Origin: an uncultured delta proteobacterium
GTDB lineage: Bacteria > Desulfobacterota > Desulfobacteria > Desulfobacterales > UBA2156
Direction of reading: 5' to 3'
Assembly (NCBI GenBank): GCA_963736855.1
Contig: CAVTQK010000013.1
Location: 96,384-160,383, forward strand
DNA length: 64,000 bases
Shown here: positions 50,294 to 60,859 of the stretch, piece after piece
How the letters are laid out: each line of letters starts with the position of its first letter
Numbering within the stretch: position 1 is the stretch's first letter
The notes under the pieces: generated by a model
Told to the model about the DNA's origin: nothing
Seen by the model: only the letters and a program-made list of their open reading frames with translations
Database searches by the model: none
Translations under genes and position numbers: made by a program

Positions 50294-51457
50294 ATGGATT
50301 TTGCGTTGTCGAAAGAACTGGAAATGCTGAGGAAAGCGGTTCGGGAATTTGCCCAGAAAAAAATCGCCCCCAATGCCGACGCGTGGGACGCCCAGCACTA
50401 TTTCCCCTACAAGGAGGCGGTCAAACCCATGGGTGAGCTGGGATTTTTCGGAACCGTAATCCCCGAGGAATACGACGGTGAAGACATTGGCTGGCTGGCG
50501 GCGATGATCGTTACCGAAGAGATCGCAAGGGCTTCCAGTTCCCTCAGGGTGCAAGTGAACATGCAGACCCTGGGGTGTGCCTACACGATATTTGCCTACG
50601 GGCAGGAGGAGATCAAACGCCGCTACATTCCCAAGCTGGTCAAAGCCGACTTCATCGGAGGGTTCGGGATCACAGAACCCGATGCCGGCTCGGATGTCAT
50701 GTCCATGCAATCGACGGCCGAGGACAAAGGCGATCACTGGCTGCTCAACGGCTCCAAGACCTGGATTTCTAATGCCAGCATCGCCGACGTTCTCATTTAT
50801 TATGCCTACACCGACCGAGATAAGGGCAGCCGCGGACTGTCGGCCTTCGTGATCGAACCCAAGCATTTCAACGGCGTGCGGACGTCGGTGCTGGAAAAAA
50901 TGGGCTCGCATTCCTCACCGACCGGCGAGATTTTCCTGAACAACACGAAGGTGCCCAAGGAAAATATCCTGGGAAAACCCGGAGACGGGACCAAAATCCT
51001 TTTCAGTTCCTTGAACCAGACCCGCCTCTCCGCCGCCGCAGGCGCCGTAGGTGTTGCCCAGGCCTGCCTGGAAGAGGCCATCAAATACTGTAAGGAGCGC
51101 AAGCAGTTCGGAAAAGCCATCGGCGAATATCAGATGAACCAGGACATGATCGCCCAGATGTCGACCGAGATCGAAGCGGCGCGCCTGCTAGTCTACAAAG
51201 CCGCCTGGGCTAAGGACCAGGGGAGACTGAACAACGGCCTCGAGGTGGCCCAGGCCAAGTACTTTGCAGGGGAAGTCGTCACCAAGTGCGCTAATTACGC
51301 CATGCGGATATTAGGGGCCTACGGGTACTCGACCGAGTATCCGATTGCCCGATTCTATAGGGATGCGCCCACTTATTTCATAGTCGAGGGCTCGACCAAT
51401 ATTTGCAAATCGATCATCGCCCTGGATCAATTGGATATCCGGAAAGCCAACCGGTAA
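50294..51457 (+). CDS. acd: Glutaryl-CoA dehydrogenase, non-decarboxylating type
   Basis: Acyl-CoA dehydrogenase closely resembling the Desulfococcus multivorans enzyme as recalled (MGELGFFGTVIPEEY, GFGITEPDAGSDV, GRLNNG, C-terminal RKANR); gcdA in the same cluster. Confidence 0.88.
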   Translation: MDFALSKELEMLRKAVREFAQKKIAPNADAWDAQHYFPYKEAVKPMGELGFFGTVIPEEYDGEDIGWLAAMIVTEEIARASSSLRVQVNMQTLGCAYTIFAYGQEEIKRRYIPKLVKADFIGGFGITEPDAGSDVMSMQSTAEDKGDHWLLNGSKTWISNASIADVLIYYAYTDRDKGSRGLSAFVIEPKHFNGVRTSVLEKMGSHSSPTGEIFLNNTKVPKENILGKPGDGTKILFSSLNQTRLSAAAGAVGVAQACLEEAIKYCKERKQFGKAIGEYQMNQDMIAQMSTEIEAARLLVYKAAWAKDQGRLNNGLEVAQAKYFAGEVVTKCANYAMRILGAYGYSTEYPIARFYRDAPTYFIVEGSTNICKSIIALDQLDIRKANR

Positions 51458-51478
51458 AGATCAGGAAAGGAGAAGGAC

Positions 51479-52268
51479 ATGGAAATTGTGGTTCTTGTCA
51501 AGCAAGTGCCGGACACCGAATCGCTCATTCAGATTGCCGGAGACGGCGTCTCCATAAAAACAGCGGATCTGAAATGGGTCATGAATCCTTATGACGAATT
51601 GGCGGTTGAAGAGGCACTGCGTATCAAAGAGGCCCAGGGGGGGACCGTGACGATTCTTTCCATGGGCCCGGCGAAAACGGTGGAAACCATCCGCACCGCC
51701 CTGGCCATGGGCGCGGACAAAGGAATTCACGTCAACGACCCGGCTGCGGAGGGCAGCGACCCATTGGCCACCGCAAAGATCCTCGCCGCTGCCTTAAAGC
51801 AGATTCCCTTCAACCTGATCATCGCGGGGATGCGCGCAGTGGACGGCGACAATTACCAGGTGGCCTCGGCCGTCGCGGAATTTTTGGGGATCCCCCAGAT
51901 CACACAGGTCATCAAGAAAGAAATCTTAGGCGACACGATCCGTTGCCATCAGGTCGTTGAAGGCGGCACGGCAGTGATCGAGGCGAAGTTGCCCGTTCTT
52001 TTTACGACTCAAAGGGGACTCAATGAACCGCGCTATGCATCTTTGCCCGGGATCATGAAGGCCAAGAAGAAACCCCTGAGACGTTAAAACCCTGGCTATC
52101 CTGGGCGTGGATGCCGGCTCTGTGGGGGCGCAACACCGCAAGGTCAAGATTGCAGCCCTGAAACCGCCTCCAACCCGAAAAGCGATCACCATGATCCCAG
52201 GAGAGGATCCCGTTACCCTGGCCGCAAACCTTGTGAAAAAGCTTCACGAGGAGGCCAAGGCTATCTGA
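51479..52268 (+). CDS. etfB: Electron transfer flavoprotein beta subunit (frameshift near 52075)
   Basis: VKQVPDT, MNPYDELAVEEAL, ALAMGAD, NEPRYASLPGIMKAKKKP; continues in another frame to ...LHEEAKAI*. Confidence 0.92.
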
Positions 52269-52331
52269 TGTTGCCGTACCCGATTCGAATCAGCACGCCT
52301 TGGGCAGGCCCCTGGCGTAATTTAGAAGGAG

Positions 52332-53300
52332 ATGAACATGGCACAAGGCATTTTCGTTATTACCGAGCAACGTGAGGGCACGTTTCGGAAAGTCAGCTTC
52401 GAAGCGTTGAGCGAAGGAAGGCGCCTGGCTGACGCCAAGAATGCTCCGCTGATTGCCATACTGTTAGGATCAGGGGTCGCAGCCATGGCCGGAACCCTTG
52501 AAAAATACGGCCCGGACCGGTTGTTGGTGGCCGACGATGCGGCTTTGGCCGAATATACAACGGACGCCTACACCAACATCATTGCCCAAGCCGTAAAATC
52601 CACAGACCCGGAACTCATTCTCATCGGTGCGTCCATCACCGGCAAGGACCTCTCGGCCCGGTTGGCTGCCCGACTTGATGCCGGTCTGGCCATGGACTGT
52701 GTAAGCATCCGGCTGGAAGGAAGTGACTTCATTTTTAACCGCCCCATGTACGGCGGCAAGGTTCTTTCAGATGTCAAGATCGACGGCACTCCTAAAATCG
52801 CTGCTGTCAGACCCAATGTGATGCCTATCGTCGAAGCGGCCCGCGCCTGCGCTGTCGAAAAGATCGCAGTTCAGGTAGGCGAGGTGAAAACCAAAGTGGT
52901 GGAACGGAAAAAGGAGAGCAAGGACAAGGTGGAACTCACCGAAGCCGACATCATCGTTTCCGGCGGCAGGGGAACAAGCGGCGACTTTTCGGCCATCGAG
53001 GCACTGGCCAAGGCACTGAGAGGCGCTGTGGGCGCGTCCCGGACCGCGGTGGATGAAGGGTGGAGACCCCACAGCGACCAGGTGGGTCAGACCGGGAAAG
53101 TCGTATCCCCCAACCTTTATATCGCCTGCGGTATTTCCGGCGCCATCCAGCATTTGGCCGGAATGTCCTCTTCCAAAGTGATCGTCGCCATCAACAAGGA
53201 TTCGGAAGCTCCTATTTTTTCAAAGGCCGATTACGGTGTCGTGGGAGACCTGAACAAGATCGTTCCGGCCATAACCGAAGAAGTGAAGAAACTGAAATAA
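52332..53300 (+). CDS. etfA: Electron transfer flavoprotein alpha subunit
   Basis: [45 protein letters not shown]. Confidence 0.96.
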   Translation: MNMAQGIFVITEQREGTFRKVSFEALSEGRRLADAKNAPLIAILLGSGVAAMAGTLEKYGPDRLLVADDAALAEYTTDAYTNIIAQAVKSTDPELILIGASITGKDLSARLAARLDAGLAMDCVSIRLEGSDFIFNRPMYGGKVLSDVKIDGTPKIAAVRPNVMPIVEAARACAVEKIAVQVGEVKTKVVERKKESKDKVELTEADIIVSGGRGTSGDFSAIEALAKALRGAVGASRTAVDEGWRPHSDQVGQTGKVVSPNLYIACGISGAIQHLAGMSSSKVIVAINKDSEAPIFSKADYGVVGDLNKIVPAITEEVKKLK

Positions 53301-53323
53301 TTTAATACCTTTTGGAAAAATCG

Positions 53324-54994
53324 ATGACTGAAGCAAGAGAAGAATTCCCTCTGGATGTCCTTTTTGTGGGAGGCGGTCCCGCCAACCTCGCGGGCGCCAT
53401 CCACCTGAAAAAACTGGCAAGTGAAAAAGGACTGGAAATCGAGGTGGGGCTCATCGAAAAAGGGGATCGGATCGGCAACCATTCTTTGAGCGGGGCTATC
53501 CTCGATCCCATAGCCTTGAAGGAATTGATCCCCGATTATCTCGAAAAGGGTTGTCCCATCGAGGAGATGCAATGCCGGGATCGGTTCTGTTTTTTAACCA
53601 GGACTCGGCAATTCGAAGTCCCTTTCACCCCCAAATACATGCACAACGAAGCATGCTTTATTATCAGCCTCTCCAAGTTTACAAGATGGCTGGGAGAGAT
53701 CGCAGAGGGGATGGGAATCAACGTCTTTCCCGGATTCGCCGGAACGAGAGTGTTATTCGGAGAGGCCAACAAATCTATTCTAGGAGTGGGCACCGGAGAT
53801 AAAGGAATCGGAAAAGACGGAAAGAAGAAGGGAACCTTCGAGCCCGGAGTCGACCTGACGGCCCGTGTCACCATCTTCGGGGAAGGCTCCAGAGGAAGCC
53901 TGATACAACAGGTTGATGAAATCATGGGGATTTTTTCTAAAACCATGCCTCAGATATTCGAAACCGCCGTTAAAGAGGTCATTGAACTCCCGGAGACGAG
54001 TCCGTTTTTAAACGGCGATACAACCGTTCTTCACACCTTTGGATATCCGTTGGGACTGGATACCAAGGGAGGCGGGTTCCTGTACCGGATGAAGGACAAT
54101 CGGATTTCTTTGGGACTTGTGGTAGGACTCGACTACGAGGACCCGCTGCTGGAACCCTATCAGATGTTCCTCCGGTACAAGCGTCATCCCCTTATCGCCG
54201 ATATCATTCAGGGAGGGAAAGTCCTCCAGCAGGGCGCAAAGACCCTGTCCATCGGCGGACTTTATACGATGCCGGTGTTGTCCGTTAATGGCGCCCTTTT
54301 CGTGGGAGACAGCGCCGCCATGCTCAATTCCCAAAGGCTCAAGGGGATCCACACCGCCATGAAGTCCGGGATGCTGGCCGCGGAAACCGTTATTCTGGCC
54401 CTCGAAAAAGGCGATTTCAGCCGGCAGACTCTGAGTGCCTACGATCGGAAAGTGTCGGAGAGCTGGATCCACACGGAGCGAAACGAGGCTCGAAATTTCA
54501 CCCAGGCCCTTTCCAAAAAGGGGATCGGCAAGTTCCTGCACATCGGCGCCCAATACTTCACCCAAGGGAAGGGATTGAAAGATCCCATGCCCATCACCGA
54601 AGACAGCGCCACTCTTAAAAAGCTTCCAAAACATTTCGACGATTCGCAGTCGAAGATGGAAAAGCCGGAGGTGGACGGCACCCTCTACCTGGACAAGCTC
54701 ACCGGTGTCTTTCTTTCCGGTACCCAGCATCTGGAAGACCAGCCCTGCCATCTCATCGTGCACAACACGGATCTCTGCGAAACCGTATGCTACGAGGAAT
54801 ACCGGAATCCATGCACGCGGTTTTGCCCGGCCCAGGTGTACGAGATGAAGGAAGAAACTCCCGGTAAGCGACGGTTGATCTTAAATCCGTCCAACTGCCT
54901 GCACTGCAAGACGTGCGAGATCAAGGATCCTTATAAAAACATCACGTGGACCTGCCCCGAAGGCGGCGGCGGGCCTAAATATTCCATCGTCTGA
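53324..54994 (+). CDS. ETF:quinone oxidoreductase (FixC/X-like, FAD plus 4Fe-4S)
   Basis: VGGGPA, HSLSGA, KGIHTAMKSG, RFCPAQVYE, NCLHCKTCEIKDP, PEGGGGP. Confidence 0.92.
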   Translation: MTEAREEFPLDVLFVGGGPANLAGAIHLKKLASEKGLEIEVGLIEKGDRIGNHSLSGAILDPIALKELIPDYLEKGCPIEEMQCRDRFCFLTRTRQFEVPFTPKYMHNEACFIISLSKFTRWLGEIAEGMGINVFPGFAGTRVLFGEANKSILGVGTGDKGIGKDGKKKGTFEPGVDLTARVTIFGEGSRGSLIQQVDEIMGIFSKTMPQIFETAVKEVIELPETSPFLNGDTTVLHTFGYPLGLDTKGGGFLYRMKDNRISLGLVVGLDYEDPLLEPYQMFLRYKRHPLIADIIQGGKVLQQGAKTLSIGGLYTMPVLSVNGALFVGDSAAMLNSQRLKGIHTAMKSGMLAAETVILALEKGDFSRQTLSAYDRKVSESWIHTERNEARNFTQALSKKGIGKFLHIGAQYFTQGKGLKDPMPITEDSATLKKLPKHFDDSQSKMEKPEVDGTLYLDKLTGVFLSGTQHLEDQPCHLIVHNTDLCETVCYEEYRNPCTRFCPAQVYEMKEETPGKRRLILNPSNCLHCKTCEIKDPYKNITWTCPEGGGGPKYSIV

Positions 54995-55027
54995 GATGCG
55001 TTTCACTGCATCTCGATGGATAGAGAG

Positions 55028-55190
55028 GATTAGCTTTAAAAGGTCAACTTTTGAGAATAACGAAGTAAAAAGTCCGGATGCCAAGGCGCGCAAATCCAGA
55101 GGAATAAGGCGTATTGACTCGTACGCCGAAATGATGAAGGATGCAGCGTAATCCCGCCTTGGCGGGACAGACGGACTTTTTACAAAGCCA
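55028..55190. mobile_element. Degenerate MITE related to 21490-21642 (opposite orientation)
   Basis: Shares AAGGCG.GCAAATCC.GAGGAAT.AGGCGTA...GTACGCCG.AATGA.GAAGGATGCAG; ends CTTTTTACAAAGCCA; carries extra palindrome TCCCGCCTTGGCGGGA. Confidence 0.65.
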
Positions 55191-55201
55191 AGGAGGATTT
55201 C

Positions 55202-56386
55202 ATGAGAGAGGTTGTTATTTTAGGCTCCGCCCGTACAGCGGGCGGAAAGTTCGGCGGTTCTTTGCAATCCATGACCGCTCCCCAATTCGGTGCGGTTGTG
55301 GTCCGGGAGACGATTCGTCGTTCCGGGATTTCACCGGAAACCATAGACCAAACCATATTCGGAAGTGCCTGGCAGGCGGGTGTCGGCCCGAACCCGGCGC
55401 GCCTGACCGCAGTAGCCGGAGGCGTGCCCACCGACGCGCCGGCCGTTTCGGTGAACGTCCGCTGCGGGTCGAGCATCCAGGCCCTCATCATGGGCACCCA
55501 GGCCATCAAGGCCGGAGATGTCCGGACCGTTTTAGTCGGCGGCACGGAAAGCAGCAACCAGGTTCCCTATGCACTCCCCAAAGCCCGGTGGGGTTACCGG
55601 ATGGGGAAGGGAACCATCCTGGACCTGATGCACCACGACGGATTCCTGTGTCCCTTGGGCGGAGCCCTTATGGGGGAGCTGACCGACGCCTATGCCAAAG
55701 ACCTCGGCATCTCGCGCCAGGATCAGGATGCCTTTGCGGCCGAAAGCCAAAACAAGACGGAAGCTGCGGTTAAAGCCGGCAAGTTCGAAGCCGAGATCGT
55801 TCCCGTGGAAGTTCCCGGATCCAAAGGGAAAACCGTCGCCTTCAAGGATGAGGAGATTTTTCGGCCGGGGGTTACCGCCGAATCCCTGGCCAAACTTCCC
55901 CCGGTTTTCAACAAAGACGGAACGGTGACGGCGGGAAACGCCTGTGCCCTGTGCGACGCGGCATCGGCCCAGGTCATCATGGATCGGGAGAAAGCCAAGG
56001 CGGAAGGGCTGACCCCTCTGGCCTTGGTGCGCGGCTATTCGTTTGTGGGGTATGACCCCAAGCGGTTCGGCCTCTCCCCGGTCAAGGCCATTCCTGCCGC
56101 CCTCAAGCATGCCGGGTTGGCCCTTTCGGACATGGATCTCATCGAACTCAATGAGGCCTTTGCAGCCCAGTATTTGGCCTGTGAAAGAATGCTGAAGATT
56201 GACCGGAGCAAGGTGAACGTGAACGGAGGCGCCATCGCCCTGGGACACCCCGTCGCCGCCACCGGCTCCAAAATCCTGACCACTTTGCTTTACGCCATGA
56301 AAAACCGCGACGTGCAGTTCGGGCTGGTGAGCGCCTGCATCGGAGGCGGCAATGGTGTCGCCCTCGTCGTGGAACGATTGAATTAA
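55202..56386 (+). CDS. Acetyl-CoA C-acetyltransferase (thiolase)
   Basis: VNVRCGSS, ELNEAFA, NVNGGAIALGHP, ACIGGGNG. Confidence 0.95.
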   Translation: MREVVILGSARTAGGKFGGSLQSMTAPQFGAVVVRETIRRSGISPETIDQTIFGSAWQAGVGPNPARLTAVAGGVPTDAPAVSVNVRCGSSIQALIMGTQAIKAGDVRTVLVGGTESSNQVPYALPKARWGYRMGKGTILDLMHHDGFLCPLGGALMGELTDAYAKDLGISRQDQDAFAAESQNKTEAAVKAGKFEAEIVPVEVPGSKGKTVAFKDEEIFRPGVTAESLAKLPPVFNKDGTVTAGNACALCDAASAQVIMDREKAKAEGLTPLALVRGYSFVGYDPKRFGLSPVKAIPAALKHAGLALSDMDLIELNEAFAAQYLACERMLKIDRSKVNVNGGAIALGHPVAATGSKILTTLLYAMKNRDVQFGLVSACIGGGNGVALVVERLN

Positions 56387-56397
56387 GGAGGTATCCC

Positions 56398-57258
56398 ATG
56401 TCGATCAATACCGTACTCGTCGTCGGCGCCGGAATCATGGGCGGCGGCATCGCCCAGCTCTGCGCACAACGAGGCCTCAACGCCGTCATCTCGGACATCA
56501 AACTGGAATTTTCGGAAAACGCCAAGAAACGGATCCAAAAGGGACTGGCCAAGCGCGTAGAGGCCGGAAAAATCAGTGCTAACAATATGAACGGGATTTT
56601 AAGCCTCATCGCCGTAGCCGGAGACCTTTCACCGGCAAAGGAGGCCGACATCGTCATCGAAAGCGTGGTGGAAGACATCGGGATCAAGAAACAGGTCTTT
56701 GCCGAACTCGACCGGCTGGCCAAACCCGGGGTGATTCTCGTCACCAATACAACATCGCTTTCCATTTCCACCATGGCCGAGGCTACAAAGCGTCCCGACA
56801 AAGTGGTGCAGATGCACTTTTTCAACCCCCCCACCATCATGAAACTGGTGGAAATCATGCCGGGGAAGAAAACGTCTCAGGCAACCCTTCAGGCGGCGGA
56901 AGCCTTTGCCAAACAGCTGGGGAAAGATCCGGTCGTCTGTAAAAACGAAGCCCCGGCAGGGATCGTGAGCCGTATCCTGGGACAGCTTCTCAATGAGGCG
57001 ACCTGGCTCGTGGCCTCCGGCGTGGCCGAGCCCCAGGACGTGGACAAGGCCATGAAGCTGGGTGCCAACCACCCCATGGGCCCCCTGGAACTGGTGGACA
57101 TGATCGGGCTCGACACCCACCGGGCTAAGATGATCACGCTCCGGACCCAGCTCAACGATCCGCGATATCAGCACCCCAAGCTCATCGATGAAATGATCGA
57201 GTCCGGCAAACTCGGCCGTAAATCCGGCAAGGGTTTTTATACTTACGGAGAAAAGTGA
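56398..57258 (+). CDS. hbd: 3-hydroxybutyryl-CoA dehydrogenase
   Basis: VGAGIMGGGIA, TNTTSLSI, MHFFNP, LGANHPMGPLEL, LGRKSGKGFY. Confidence 0.9.
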   Translation: MSINTVLVVGAGIMGGGIAQLCAQRGLNAVISDIKLEFSENAKKRIQKGLAKRVEAGKISANNMNGILSLIAVAGDLSPAKEADIVIESVVEDIGIKKQVFAELDRLAKPGVILVTNTTSLSISTMAEATKRPDKVVQMHFFNPPTIMKLVEIMPGKKTSQATLQAAEAFAKQLGKDPVVCKNEAPAGIVSRILGQLLNEATWLVASGVAEPQDVDKAMKLGANHPMGPLELVDMIGLDTHRAKMITLRTQLNDPRYQHPKLIDEMIESGKLGRKSGKGFYTYGEK

Positions 57259-58037
57259 TGTTCGAAAACATTTTGTTCGAAACCGACGGGCCGGTGGCTG
57301 TTTTGACGGTGAACCGGCCCGACAAGATGAATGCGGTGAACAACGCCACGGTGGAAGAGCTGGATCAGGCGCTTGCCGCCGTGGAGAAAGATCCGAACCT
57401 GAGGGCCCTGATCCTCACCGGAGCCGGAGACAAGGCATTCGTGGCCGGTGCGGACATCAATGAACTCAACCGCCGCGACTTTATTTCCGGCAGGGCCGAG
57501 ACCCGTCGGCGGCAGGAAGTCTATACCCGCATCGAGCAACTGGAAATCCCCTCCATCGCCGCCATCCGGGGATGGGCTCTGGGCACCGGTCTGGAGCTGG
57601 CCATGGCTTGCACGCTGCGACTGGCCGCCGAAGGGGCCAAGCTGGGGCAACCCGAAATCAAACTCGGTATCATCCCCGGAGCGGGTGGAACCCAGCGGCT
57701 TCCCCGTCTGGTGGGCATGGGACGGGCCATGGAGATGATCCTCACCGGGGAGCCGGTGGATGCCGCCCGGGCTTATGAAATGGGGCTGGTGAATCGCGTG
57801 GTTCCGGCCGAAGCCCTCATGGACGAAGCCAAAAAACTGGCCGGCGTCCTGGCCTCACGGCCGAAACTGGCCGTTCAATACGGCAAAGAAGCCGTCCTGC
57901 GTTTTGCCGATGGCTCTCTTGCCGAAGGGCTGGCCCATGAATCCTATCTCCACGCCCTTGTCTGCGGCACCGAGGATAAAAAGGAAGGTGTGGCCGCTTT
58001 TCTGGAAAAGCGAAAACCGGTATTTTCAGGAAAATAG
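57255..58037 (+). CDS. crt: Enoyl-CoA hydratase (crotonase)
   Basis: [42 protein letters not shown]. Confidence 0.9.
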   Translation: MMFENILFETDGPVAVLTVNRPDKMNAVNNATVEELDQALAAVEKDPNLRALILTGAGDKAFVAGADINELNRRDFISGRAETRRRQEVYTRIEQLEIPSIAAIRGWALGTGLELAMACTLRLAAEGAKLGQPEIKLGIIPGAGGTQRLPRLVGMGRAMEMILTGEPVDAARAYEMGLVNRVVPAEALMDEAKKLAGVLASRPKLAVQYGKEAVLRFADGSLAEGLAHESYLHALVCGTEDKKEGVAAFLEKRKPVFSGK

Positions 58038-58163
58038 ATTGAGTGAACCCTGTTGTTGCAAAAGCAAAGCTTATTAGCGAACCATGCATAAACATATTCA
58101 AATGTCCTGTTATCTTTATCTAAACTTTATCATGTTTTTTATGCAACTGCAGGGTAAATTGCC

Positions 58164-59897
58164 ATGAGACCATATTTCGAAAAAATGATGGAATTCGGCA
58201 CCAGGTTGACCGAAGGACAGATCAAGAGCAGCCAGGAAAACGTCGCCCAAATTCAGGAAGTGGAAAAGGGGATCCGGGAAGCTGTCGAGAAGGTGAAGGC
58301 CGCAGGGCTGTCCGAAGAAGAAATCAACGCCCGGGGACAGATGACGGTATGGCAGCGCCTGCGATACCTGGTGGATCCGGGAACCTGGCATCCTCTGCAC
58401 ACCCTTTACAACCCGGAAGACAACGCGGAAGGAACCACCAACGTCATCGACGGTCTCGGCAAGATCTCCGGAAAATGGGCGGTGATCATCGGTTTCGACA
58501 ACAAGGTCTTTGCCGGCGCCTGGATTCCGGGCCAATCCGAAAACAACCTGCGCGTGACCGATCTTTCCAAACGCCTCAATATCCCGTTGGTGTGGCTGGT
58601 CAACTGCAGCGGCGTCAAACTCACGGAGCAGGAAAAGTTCTATGCCAACCGGCGGGGCGGCGGCACAACCTTTTTCCGACACGCCGAGCTGGAACAGGCG
58701 GGGATTCCGATTCTGGCCGGTATCTACGGAACCAATCCGGCGGGCGGCGGATATCAGGGGATCAGCCCCACCATCTTGTTTGCCCACAAGGACGCCAACA
58801 TCGCCGTGGGCGGGGGCGGGATTCTTTCGGGAATGTCGCCCAAAGGGTATTTTGACGTGGAAGGTGCGGAGCAGCTCATCAAGGCTGCCAAGCAGTACAA
58901 AGCCGAACCCCCGGGTTCGGTCAAGATCCATTATAACGAGACCGGCTTTTTCCGGTACGTCTATGACACGGAGGCCGGGGTCCTGGACGGTATCAAGGAC
59001 TATATGAAGGACATGCCGGGCTACAATCCGAAATTCTTCCGCGTCGCCGCACCCAAAGATCCGCGATTCCCGGCCGAAGACCTTTACCGGCTCATTCCCT
59101 TCAACCAGAAGCAGATGTACAACTTCGACGAGGTGCTGGCCCGCCTGGTGGACGGGAGCGAGCATATGGAATATAAACCCGGTTACGGTCCGGAAGTGTA
59201 CACCGGACTTTGCAAGGTGGACGGATATCTTGTGGGCGTCATCGGCAACCGGCAGGGGTATCTGGGGGAAGACTACCCGGAATACGCCCCTTATGCAGGC
59301 ATCGGCGGCAAGCTCTATCGCCAGGGATTGATCAAGCTCAATGAGTTTGTCACCCTTTGCGGGAGAGACCGGGTCCCCATCATCTGGTTCCAGGACACCA
59401 GCGGGATCGATGTGGGGGACATCGCCGAGAAGGCTGAACTCCTGGGTCTGGGACAGGCCCTTATTTATTCCATCCAGCAGACCGAGGTGCCCCAGATGCT
59501 GGTCCTTTTACGCAAGGGAACGGCGGCGGCCCATTACATCATGGGCGGCCCCACGGCCAACCGGCACAACGCCTTTTCCCTGGGGATCCCCACCACGGAA
59601 ATCTATGTCATGCACGGAGAGACGGCGGCGGCGGCAAGCTTTTCCCGGCGCCTGGTCAAGGAGAAGAAAGCCGGAAAGCCCCTGGAACCGGTGATCGAGA
59701 AGATGAACGAGATGGTCAAGCAGTATTACGACTATTCCAGACCCTTATATTGCGCAAAGCAGGGATTCGTGGACGAAACCGTCCCAATGACCGAGATCCG
59801 CAATTACCTGAAGGCCTTCACAGGAGCCGTCTACCAGAACCCCCGCTCCATCTGCCCCCAGCACCAGATGTTGCTCCCCCGGATCATCCGGGGATAA
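58164..59897 (+). CDS. gcdA: Glutaconyl-CoA decarboxylase alpha (carboxyltransferase) subunit
   Basis: ANRRGGGTTFFRHAEL, GTNPAGGGY, GIGGKLYRQGLIK, RKGTAAAHY, YQNPRSICPQHQMLLPR. Confidence 0.92.
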   Translation: MRPYFEKMMEFGTRLTEGQIKSSQENVAQIQEVEKGIREAVEKVKAAGLSEEEINARGQMTVWQRLRYLVDPGTWHPLHTLYNPEDNAEGTTNVIDGLGKISGKWAVIIGFDNKVFAGAWIPGQSENNLRVTDLSKRLNIPLVWLVNCSGVKLTEQEKFYANRRGGGTTFFRHAELEQAGIPILAGIYGTNPAGGGYQGISPTILFAHKDANIAVGGGGILSGMSPKGYFDVEGAEQLIKAAKQYKAEPPGSVKIHYNETGFFRYVYDTEAGVLDGIKDYMKDMPGYNPKFFRVAAPKDPRFPAEDLYRLIPFNQKQMYNFDEVLARLVDGSEHMEYKPGYGPEVYTGLCKVDGYLVGVIGNRQGYLGEDYPEYAPYAGIGGKLYRQGLIKLNEFVTLCGRDRVPIIWFQDTSGIDVGDIAEKAELLGLGQALIYSIQQTEVPQMLVLLRKGTAAAHYIMGGPTANRHNAFSLGIPTTEIYVMHGETAAAASFSRRLVKEKKAGKPLEPVIEKMNEMVKQYYDYSRPLYCAKQGFVDETVPMTEIRNYLKAFTGAVYQNPRSICPQHQMLLPRIIRG

Positions 59898-59916
59898 CGT
59901 CTTTTCCCCCGGGTCG

Positions 59917-60836
59917 TCATCGTTGCGCCGCGATGGCGACCCACCCTTCCTTTTCCGGCATTTCCAGGATCGTCATCCCACAGGCCTTCATTTCTTCCTC
60001 CACCCGGTGGGTGTTTTTTTCGATCATCCCGGAGCAGATGAAGATACCGCCCGGCGCTAAAACGGCCGGAATCCGCGGCACAAGAGTCATGATCACCTCG
60101 GTTAAGATGTTGGCGGTCACTATATCAAAAGATCCGGAGACTGCTTCTGTAAGACTTCCGGCAAAAAGGAGAAACCGCACCGGATCGATTTCATTTTGAA
60201 TCAGGTTTTTTCGAGCCACCTCCAGGGCCGTAAAATCCTTGTCGATACCGGTCAGGCGCCCTGCCCCGAGCTTTCCCGCAGCGATCATCAGGATCCCGGA
60301 TCCGCAACCGATATCCAGGAAGGATTCCCCGCCCAAAACATGCTTCTCGATAAGCTCCAGACAAAGGGCCGTGGTGGCATGGCTTCCGGTGCCGAAGGCC
60401 ATTCCCGGGTCAATTTCCAGAATTACGTCATCGGGTCTTGGCCTCAAATCCTTCCCAGGTGGGTTTGACCACCAAACGATTTCCGATGCGCATGGGATGA
60501 AAATGCCGCTTCCAGGCCTCGGCCCATTCGGATTCGTCCCGGCGGCGCTGCTGCAATGCGAATCCGGATCCCGGTATCGCGTTCCAGCTTCGCCAGGCGC
60601 TTTTCAAGATCGGAAAACCTTCGGCTGAATCCGCCGTCTTCCGGGAAATATCCGTCCACATGGGGCGGGCCGTCTTCCGGTAAAACCCCGTCCGCCCAGT
60701 CGTCCTCGGTTTTAATCCGGCCGTCATAGACCGCCACGCCGGAAAACCCGGTTTCGAAAAAGGCATCGGCCACCAGCTCCGCGACCAAAAAACCTTCCTT
60801 TTCCTGGTATTCCGCGCGGACCTCGATCCATTTCAC
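59917..60836 (-). CDS. prmA: Ribosomal protein L11 methyltransferase (two apparent frameshifts)
   Basis: MKWIEV..., EWAEAWKRHFHP..VVKPTWE, IDPGMAFGTGSHATT, LDIGCGSGIL, VTANIL, FICSG. Confidence 0.92.
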
Positions 60837-60859
60837 CGGTATTTCTCTTCCTCTTCGGA

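Noticed and set aside
55141..55773. 210-aa ORF overlapping the thiolase
   Set aside because: Alternative frame starting inside a MITE; low-complexity Arg/Pro-rich shadow translation
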